The notes under the pieces were generated by a model that saw only the letters and a program-made list of their open reading frames with translations, was not told the DNA's origin and ran no database searches. DNA of 50,403 nucleotides from a bacterium. Lineage in GTDB: Bacteria > Verrucomicrobiota > Kiritimatiellia > RFP12 > UBA1067. The stretch spans positions 1-50,403 of the forward strand of contig JBAXCC010000002.1 in assembly GCA_037141675.1 (NCBI GenBank). The letters are read 5' to 3'. Below, piece by piece: positions 44,382-50,403 of this stretch. Numbering within the stretch: the stretch's first letter is position 1; every line of letters begins with the position of its first letter. The translations under genes were made by a program, and so were the position numbers.

Positions 44382-46907
44382 ATGGGAAAGAAGCTTGTCA
44401 TTGTTGAGTCGCCTGCTAAGGCTAAGACAATTGGAAAAATTTTAGGATCTGCTTATGTTGTTAAGTCGTCAGTTGGACACATCCGAGACTTGCCTGAGCG
44501 CACCTTGGGCGTTGATATAGAACATAATTTCACACCTAAATATGTAGTCTCCGCGGATAAGACAAAGACGGTCGCGGAACTTAAAAAGGCTGCAAAGACC
44601 GCGGATGCCATATACCTGGCGCCTGACCCTGACCGCGAAGGGGAGGCCATTGCCTGGCATCTGCATGAAACGCTTGTCGGTGATGCGAAAGATACCCCGT
44701 TCTATCGCGTACAGTATAATGAAATTACAGCCCGGGCCGTAAAGGCTGCTTTTGACAATCCAGGCACCATCGACATGTGTCGTGTGAACGCTCAGCAGGC
44801 GCGTCGTGTACTGGACCGGATTGTAGGGTATAAGGTGAGCCCCATGCTGTGGAGCCGCATCAAGCGCGGACTAAGTGCCGGTCGCGTGCAATCGGTGGCC
44901 TTGCGCTTGGTTTCAGAACGCGAACGTGAAATTCAGGCGTTCAATATTGAAGAATATTGGGTGTTGGGTGCCAATGTCTGCCGTCAGACCCCCCCGAAGG
45001 ATCCTTTTGCGATCAAGCTTGTGAAAGTGGATGGTGAAAAACCGGCGGTTAATTCTGAAGGCGCTGCAAAGGCGTTGCTCTCAGAAGTCGAAGGCAGCCG
45101 GATGTGCGTCAAGGATGTCCGGGTGCGCGAGACATCGCGTCGGCCTCTCCCCCCGTTTATCACCTCAACGCTCCAACAGGCCGCCTCCAGTTTCTGCGGA
45201 TTCTCGCCGAATCGGACCATGAGCCTGGCTCAGAAACTGTATGAAGGTATTGAAATCGCTAATGCCGGCGCCGTGGGTCTCATTACCTATATGCGTACAG
45301 ACTCCTTCAATATTGCCCGTGATGCACAGGCCGCAGCCAAGGATTTTATTACGTCATCGTATGGTGCTGGCTATTATCCGGAGGCGCCGAACTATTATAA
45401 GAGCCGGAGCAATGCGCAAGAGGCACATGAAGCGATTCGTCCTACGGATGTCCTGCGCACGCCGGAAAGTCTTAAAAATGTCTTGGATCCGCAGTCGCTC
45501 AAGCTTTACGACTTGATCTGGAAACGCTTTGTCGCCAGCCAGATGGCTGCTGCGAAACTTGAGCAGAAAACGGTTGAAATTCAGCCGGATAAAGAGGGGC
45601 TTTCGCATGTCTACACATTCTTCGCCTCTGCCTCTGAAGTATTATTTGATGGGTTCTTGAAGGTGATGGCCATCAATATTCATAAGAAAAAAGAGGAAGA
45701 TGAAGACGAGGAGGTCGAGGAAGTCGATCACCTTCCGCCTTTGGCCACGGGTGATGTGCTTCAGGTGTTGCAGTGGTTGAGCGACCGAAAAGAGACCAAG
45801 CCGCCGTCACGTTTCAGCGAAGCATCCCTCATCCGCGCGCTTGAAGCAAATGGTGTCGGACGCCCTTCGACGTATGCGGCAATCATTGAGACGCTAAATT
45901 CCCGTGAGTATACGACGCGCGAAAAACGTCAGCTGACCCCGACGGAACTAGGATTGAAAGTTAACGATCTGCTGGTCGCTAAGCTCGAAGCGCTCTTTAA
46001 TGTGAATTTTACAGCCGAAATGGAAGAAGAACTGGATCATGTCGAGGAAGGTCGCACAGAATGGACCCACATGATGGAGCAGTTCTATAAGCGATTTACA
46101 ACGTGGATGGAACTGGCCAAGGAGCCACCGGTCGATATGGCGAAGGTGACCGGCGTCATGGCGTTGGTCAGTCAGATTAAGGAATGGGCCCCGGAAGTTC
46201 AGCGTGGTAAGCGCAAATATAGCGATGAACGCTTTGTGGCTTCCATCGTTGAGCAGCTTGAAACAAAAGAGAAGCCCGTGTCTGAAAAACAAGTTGAAGC
46301 GCTGGTGAAAATCGGCTTACGTTATCGTTCGCAGATTTCAGATCTGGAAGCCCATCTCGCAAACTTGGGTTATGAGAAGCTGGTCGTCTCGGATAACGCG
46401 ATGGCGACTACAGAGTCATCCATGACGCGCTTTCAGTTGCTGGATCAAGTCGAGCTCTCAGAGTCACAGGCTGGCTTTGTTGCTTCGCTTCGCAGTCAGG
46501 TGGTTAACGGACGCAAGCTCAGCGATAAGCAGGTTGCCGCACTGGAACGCATCATTGTTCAGAATGCGTCTCAATTTGAAAATTTTGATACCGTGCGTGA
46601 ACAGCTTGGCCTTTCCGCAGAACAGTCCAAGCCGGAACTGGATACGGAAAGTCCCGTCTTGTTGGAGATGTTAGGCCAGGTTGCGACGTGGCAGGAGCCT
46701 GTCACACGTGGCAAGATGGTCTTTAATGATAAGGACTTCTATGACAGCCTCGCAGGGCAATATGCTCGTCAGCAGTCGCTGACCTTCCGTCAGCGCGGCG
46801 CTATGAAGCGCATGGTCTTCCGCTATAAGGGTCAGATCCCGCAGTTTGATACATACGCGGCACAGTTAGGCTTGAATAAGAAAGCTGCTGACAAGAAGGA
46901 CGAATAA
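44382..46907 (+). CDS. topA: DNA topoisomerase I (type IA) with a Cys-free repeated C-terminal domain
   Basis: Toprim start (KKLVIVESPAKAKTIGKILG, HIRDLP, LAPDPDREGEAIAWH), active-site Tyr context (GLITYMRTDS), PPSRFSEASLIRALE and GVGRPSTYAAII. The last ~250 aa contain three related ~55-aa repeats and no zinc-ribbon cysteines. Confidence 0.96.
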   Translation: MGKKLVIVESPAKAKTIGKILGSAYVVKSSVGHIRDLPERTLGVDIEHNFTPKYVVSADKTKTVAELKKAAKTADAIYLAPDPDREGEAIAWHLHETLVGDAKDTPFYRVQYNEITARAVKAAFDNPGTIDMCRVNAQQARRVLDRIVGYKVSPMLWSRIKRGLSAGRVQSVALRLVSEREREIQAFNIEEYWVLGANVCRQTPPKDPFAIKLVKVDGEKPAVNSEGAAKALLSEVEGSRMCVKDVRVRETSRRPLPPFITSTLQQAASSFCGFSPNRTMSLAQKLYEGIEIANAGAVGLITYMRTDSFNIARDAQAAAKDFITSSYGAGYYPEAPNYYKSRSNAQEAHEAIRPTDVLRTPESLKNVLDPQSLKLYDLIWKRFVASQMAAAKLEQKTVEIQPDKEGLSHVYTFFASASEVLFDGFLKVMAINIHKKKEEDEDEEVEEVDHLPPLATGDVLQVLQWLSDRKETKPPSRFSEASLIRALEANGVGRPSTYAAIIETLNSREYTTREKRQLTPTELGLKVNDLLVAKLEALFNVNFTAEMEEELDHVEEGRTEWTHMMEQFYKRFTTWMELAKEPPVDMAKVTGVMALVSQIKEWAPEVQRGKRKYSDERFVASIVEQLETKEKPVSEKQVEALVKIGLRYRSQISDLEAHLANLGYEKLVVSDNAMATTESSMTRFQLLDQVELSESQAGFVASLRSQVVNGRKLSDKQVAALERIIVQNASQFENFDTVREQLGLSAEQSKPELDTESPVLLEMLGQVATWQEPVTRGKMVFNDKDFYDSLAGQYARQQSLTFRQRGAMKRMVFRYKGQIPQFDTYAAQLGLNKKAADKKDE

Positions 46908-46921
46908 CGGCAAGGAGTTTT

Positions 46922-48019
46922 ATGGGTTTTGATGCAGGCAATGTCAGCTTTCGGCTCTTCTATCTGACGCAACAATATACCTCTTCCATCGTCGAAGAGT
47001 TTGCTAGGCGTATTGCGCCACCGATTGAAAAATTGGACCGCGATCCGATCACGGGATGGGTGGGGCCGCGGCATCTCTTCGACCGTGAAATCACGGATGA
47101 AAAATGCATTGCGGGCCCCTTTCTGAGCGTGCAACTGATGAAGGCGGAGAAGAAGATCCCCACGTCGTTGTTGCGTGCGTATCAGAAATTGGAAGAGGAT
47201 GTCGAGATGAAGGCACGTGGCTTTGATACGCTGTCGCGCAAGGCCAAAGCGGAAGTGAAGGCGCGTGTGATCGCGATGCTTCAGCCCAAGATGCCGCCGA
47301 CGTTGCAAAGTATCCCCACGGTGCTGGATTTTCGCAATGATTTGCTGATTGCCAGTGCAATGTCCGACAAGCAGATCGATGCGTTTGTCCTAACTGCCAA
47401 GGACACGCTAGATTCGCTGCCGATTCTGGTGACGCCTGAGACCGCGGCCATGCGCCGCAAGCAAATCAATGCGAAAGACCTTGACCCTGTCATGTTTACT
47501 CCAGACGAGACCATCACGCCACCTGTCGAGGGAACGCTCGGCATGGACTTCATGACCTGGCTCTGGTTTGCCTGGGAAAAGGACGGCGGTGTCTATCATC
47601 TGCCGGATGGACGCGAATTCGGCATCATGCTGGAAGGGCCGGTCACCTTCTTCCGCGAAGGACAGGGCGCCCACGAAGTGGCGCTGCGCAAGGGCTTGCC
47701 CCTGAATAGCCGCGAAGCCGGCACAGCGCTCCTCTGCGGTAAGAAGCTGAAGCGTGCGAAGGTCACGATGGCCCATGCAGGTGCCTCCTATACTGCGACC
47801 ATGGATGCTGATTTCGCCTTCCGCGGACTCAAGCTGCCCAAGGGCGAGCAACTGGAAGAGATGGGCAAGGTCGAAGAGCGTATGCTCTCCATTGAATTCT
47901 TCTGGAGCGCCTGGCTCCATCTGTTTGATACCTTCCTGGATATCCGTATGGATTATAAGCAATGGCAGAAGACCCTCGACAAGATGCGTGACTGGATCGG
48001 CGCACTCTCAAATAAATAA
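46922..48019 (+). CDS. rdgC: RdgC-like recombination-associated protein
   Basis: 365 aa. Collinear resemblance to E. coli RdgC, recalled from memory: N-terminal ...FRLFYL, GWVGP (compare GWVPP), KAEKKIPTSLL.. (compare KEEKILPSPVI), a basic helical stretch, then LDFRNDLLIASAMSDKQIDAFV (compare [22 protein letters not shown]). Needs HMM confirmation. Confidence 0.6.
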   Translation: MGFDAGNVSFRLFYLTQQYTSSIVEEFARRIAPPIEKLDRDPITGWVGPRHLFDREITDEKCIAGPFLSVQLMKAEKKIPTSLLRAYQKLEEDVEMKARGFDTLSRKAKAEVKARVIAMLQPKMPPTLQSIPTVLDFRNDLLIASAMSDKQIDAFVLTAKDTLDSLPILVTPETAAMRRKQINAKDLDPVMFTPDETITPPVEGTLGMDFMTWLWFAWEKDGGVYHLPDGREFGIMLEGPVTFFREGQGAHEVALRKGLPLNSREAGTALLCGKKLKRAKVTMAHAGASYTATMDADFAFRGLKLPKGEQLEEMGKVEERMLSIEFFWSAWLHLFDTFLDIRMDYKQWQKTLDKMRDWIGALSNK

Positions 48020-48087
48020 ATGCTGGCTTGAAACGCTTCGCCTTTCAGCATATACTTCACACCTTAATGTTTTACTAAGGGGGAAGT

Positions 48088-50238
48088 ATGAAGTACACAT
48101 GGCTGGCAATAGGGTGTTTTTGTTTTGTCAATAGCGTCTCAACGAGTTTTGCTGAGACATCTTTTTATGTTTCAACGTCTGGACGTGCGGATGCTTCGGG
48201 TTCATGGCTGCATCCGTTGGCTACGCTGGAGCAGGCGCGCGATGCCATTCGCACAGCAAAAAAAGCAAATACTAATCAGGCCTTCACCGTGATCGTCAAG
48301 GACGGCGTCTATCTGCTGTCAGACTCCTTCAAGTTGGCAGAGGAAGACAGCGGCACGGAAGCCTGTCCTGTCATCTACAAGGCCAGCAAGCAGGGCAATG
48401 CCAAGCTATATGGCGGCGCTTTGTTGGACAAGAAGAATTTTAAGCCCATTGCGGATGAAAAAATCCTCGCCCGTCTGCAGCCGGAAGCCCGCAAAAATGT
48501 TCTGGTCTGTGACGTGTCACAGGAATTGAAGGGCGAGCTGCCACAAATCCCGCTGGCTTATAAGGGGTCTGTCGCGCCGCCGTTCCTCTATGTAGATGGC
48601 CTTCCTAAGACGCTGGCCCGCTGGCCGAATAAGGGCGAGTGGGTTACCTTCAGTAAGGTGGTTGATCCAGGTCGCGACAAACAGCCGGGTGCCTTTGAGT
48701 TCAAAGATGCACGCATGGCCAAGTGGAACATGGCGGACGGCGTCTGGCTCCATGGCTATTGGACGCATGACTGGTCGGATGAAGTGTTGAAGGTGGCAAA
48801 TTATGAGGCGGATACAGGGGTTGTCCGCCTCGCAGGTATCCATGGCTATGGTCTGGCAAAGGGCACGTGGGGAAAGAAGGAGCGCCGTTTTTATGCGTTG
48901 AATGTGCTGGAAGAACTTGACGCCCCCGGCGAGTGGTATCTGGACCGCAAAGCGAAACTGCTCTATTACTATCCTGAAGCCAATGCGAAGCATGAAGAGA
49001 TTGTGCTAGCCACGCTCCAGAATCCGCTCATCGTTGCGAAGCGCGTGAAGCATGTGCAGATACAAGGCATGACCTTTGCCTACAACCATGGAGAAGGACT
49101 CAGCCTGCAGGATTGCGAATCAATGACCATCGCGGGATGTACGGTGCGCAATGTCGCCCGTACCGCGATCTCGGTCCAAGGTAAGAATAATCGCGTCCAG
49201 TCCTGTGACATTTTTGATATTGGCGCGACAGGCATCTCATTGAACGGGGGAGACCGTAAGACGCTCGTGAAGGCTAACAATGTCGCGGAGAATAATCATG
49301 TGTATCGCTTCGGCCAGTTTAACCGGACTTATGCAGGCGCATTCGGCGTTCAGGGCTGTGGAAATATCGTGCGCAATAATGTGATGCACGATGCCCCGCA
49401 TACGGCCATCCTATATGGCGGCAATGAACAGCTGATTGAACTCAATGAGATTTATAACGTGCAGCAGGAGACCGGCGACGTGGGAGCTTTCTATACGGGT
49501 CGCGACTGGACGAGTCAGGGCAATGTGATCCGGTATAATTATTTTCATGACTTGGGTGGTGGCGGACAGGGGCAGAATGAACATCTCATGGGCATCTATC
49601 TGGATGATTGCGACTCCGGCGATACGCTGCATGGCAATCTCTTCCAGCGCGCCGGACGTGCACTCTTCATTGGTGGCGGACGTGATAACACCGTCACCTG
49701 CAATCTGGTCTTGGACAGTCTGATCAGCTTCCATTTTGATTCACGCGGCATGAACTGGAAACAATGGAACCAGGCAGGCGATGGATGGAATCTTGAGGAG
49801 AAGGCCGAGAAGATGAATTACAAAAATCCGCCATGGATCACGCGTTATCCGCGCCTTGCTGAAACGATGAACAATGCGCCGCGTGAACCGCTCGGTAATG
49901 TCCTCAAGAACAATCTGTTGATCGACTCCAAGAAGCGAGCGCTTGATTTTGACAAGCAGGTGCAGGCCGTCTTCCCGAAGCTCGTCAGCGAGAACAATCG
50001 CGTCGTGGATACTGTCGGGACGAACAAGGCCTCGCAGCTCTCCTCTGAACTCAAAGGCTTTGAAGGTGACGTTGCAAAGGCTGGCCAGCCCATAGACTTA
50101 GGGTTGCCCAACAGGGACATTCTTCAGTTCAAAAAGAGCGCCGCGATCATGCGCATGATGCCCGCCCTTGCTGAAATCCCGACCGAAAAAATCGGACTCT
50201 ATGTCGATGCCTTCCGCAAGACTAAACCGACGCGCTAA
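48088..50238 (+). CDS. Secreted right-handed parallel beta-helix repeat protein (pectate-lyase fold; probably glycan-active)
   Basis: Signal peptide (WLAIGCFCFVNSVSTSFA). Repeated ~22-25-aa N/G/I-V coils (CTVRNVARTAISVQGKNNRVQSCDIFDIGATGISLNGGD; NHVYRF..; NIVRNNVMHDAPHTAILYGGNEQLIELNEIYN; GNLFQRAGRALFIGGGRDNTVTCNLV). Confidence 0.75.
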   Translation: MKYTWLAIGCFCFVNSVSTSFAETSFYVSTSGRADASGSWLHPLATLEQARDAIRTAKKANTNQAFTVIVKDGVYLLSDSFKLAEEDSGTEACPVIYKASKQGNAKLYGGALLDKKNFKPIADEKILARLQPEARKNVLVCDVSQELKGELPQIPLAYKGSVAPPFLYVDGLPKTLARWPNKGEWVTFSKVVDPGRDKQPGAFEFKDARMAKWNMADGVWLHGYWTHDWSDEVLKVANYEADTGVVRLAGIHGYGLAKGTWGKKERRFYALNVLEELDAPGEWYLDRKAKLLYYYPEANAKHEEIVLATLQNPLIVAKRVKHVQIQGMTFAYNHGEGLSLQDCESMTIAGCTVRNVARTAISVQGKNNRVQSCDIFDIGATGISLNGGDRKTLVKANNVAENNHVYRFGQFNRTYAGAFGVQGCGNIVRNNVMHDAPHTAILYGGNEQLIELNEIYNVQQETGDVGAFYTGRDWTSQGNVIRYNYFHDLGGGGQGQNEHLMGIYLDDCDSGDTLHGNLFQRAGRALFIGGGRDNTVTCNLVLDSLISFHFDSRGMNWKQWNQAGDGWNLEEKAEKMNYKNPPWITRYPRLAETMNNAPREPLGNVLKNNLLIDSKKRALDFDKQVQAVFPKLVSENNRVVDTVGTNKASQLSSELKGFEGDVAKAGQPIDLGLPNRDILQFKKSAAIMRMMPALAEIPTEKIGLYVDAFRKTKPTR

Positions 50239-50251
50239 CATTATATTTGCA

Positions 50252-50403
50252 CTACTGACGCAAAAGAAACTTGCGAAGGAGCGCGGCCAGAAATTTTCTC
50301 CGCTCGTTGGACAGCATGTAGCCGAACCGGATGAGCTTTCCCTCCCGCGTTTCAATGATAATGCAGGTCTTCTGCTGGCGATCTCCGTCGCTGTCGCGCC
50401 ACA
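50252..50403 (-). CDS. 3' end of an unidentified CDS that runs off the window
   Basis: Stop-free minus-strand frame from the window edge to TAG (50254-50252): ...WRDSDGDRQQKTCIIIETREGKLIRFGYMLSNERRKFLAALLRKFLLRQ*. It is absent from the ORF track because it has no in-window start. Function unknown. Confidence 0.3.
   Translation of the reverse strand, partial: WRDSDGDRQQKTCIIIETREGKLIRFGYMLSNERRKFLAALLRKFLLRQ

Noticed and set aside
50098-50355. 85-aa minus-strand ORF at the right edge
   Set aside because: Most of it is antisense to the 3' end of the beta-helix gene. A different minus-strand frame (50252-50403), open to the window edge, is the more plausible partial gene.

Overview
This is a 50.4-kb chromosomal segment from a diderm, probably anaerobic, bacterium. 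The diderm call rests on LptD, OPX/Wzc polysaccharide export and lipoprotein signals. The anaerobe guess rests on an Ech-type hydrogenase and a U32 Fe-S enzyme. GC is roughly 50% by eye and the lineage cannot be fixed from the sequence alone. I saw no rRNA, tRNA, CRISPR array, transposase or integrase. Coding density is high and many neighbouring genes overlap by 1-4 nt (ATGA/TAATG). Contents in order: (i) 21-4392 (+): the catalytic half of an Ech-type group-4 [NiFe]-hydrogenase, made of a NuoB-like small subunit fused to a GNAT domain, a NuoC-like subunit, a NuoD-like large subunit and a NuoI-like 2x[4Fe-4S] subunit. It is followed by hypA and a HypC::HydE-like radical-SAM fusion, which is the most unusual item in the window. 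(ii) 4474-8853 (-): rpoD with a lysine-rich N-terminal extension, a membrane-anchored RRM RNA-binding protein, and a cytoplasmic PAS hybrid kinase. (iii) A secreted GH16 glycanase. (iv) A methyltransferase / lipoprotein / xseB / HAD / long U32 Fe-S protein gene string. (v) mreBCD-mrdA-rodA-rng-lptD. (vi) A K-rich/acidic protein, a TPR lipoprotein, a class IV aminotransferase, an EIIA(Ntr)-like protein and hisD. (vii) A structured leader (promoter, 17-codon uORF, intrinsic terminator) ahead of a secreted unknown protein and a TrpR/YerC-like regulator. (viii) A homopolymer-interrupted ORF. (ix) A polysaccharide export block: short OPX, unknown secreted protein, separate outer-membrane beta-barrel, Wzy/O-antigen-ligase-like protein and Wzc-like tyrosine kinase. 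(x) On the minus strand, sugar kinase-dapA-dapB-folK, a membrane protein, lipB and rpsT. (xi) dprA-topA-rdgC-like genes and a secreted beta-helix protein. All calls come from motif recognition in the supplied translations and manual reading of intergenic DNA; no database search or folding program was available.
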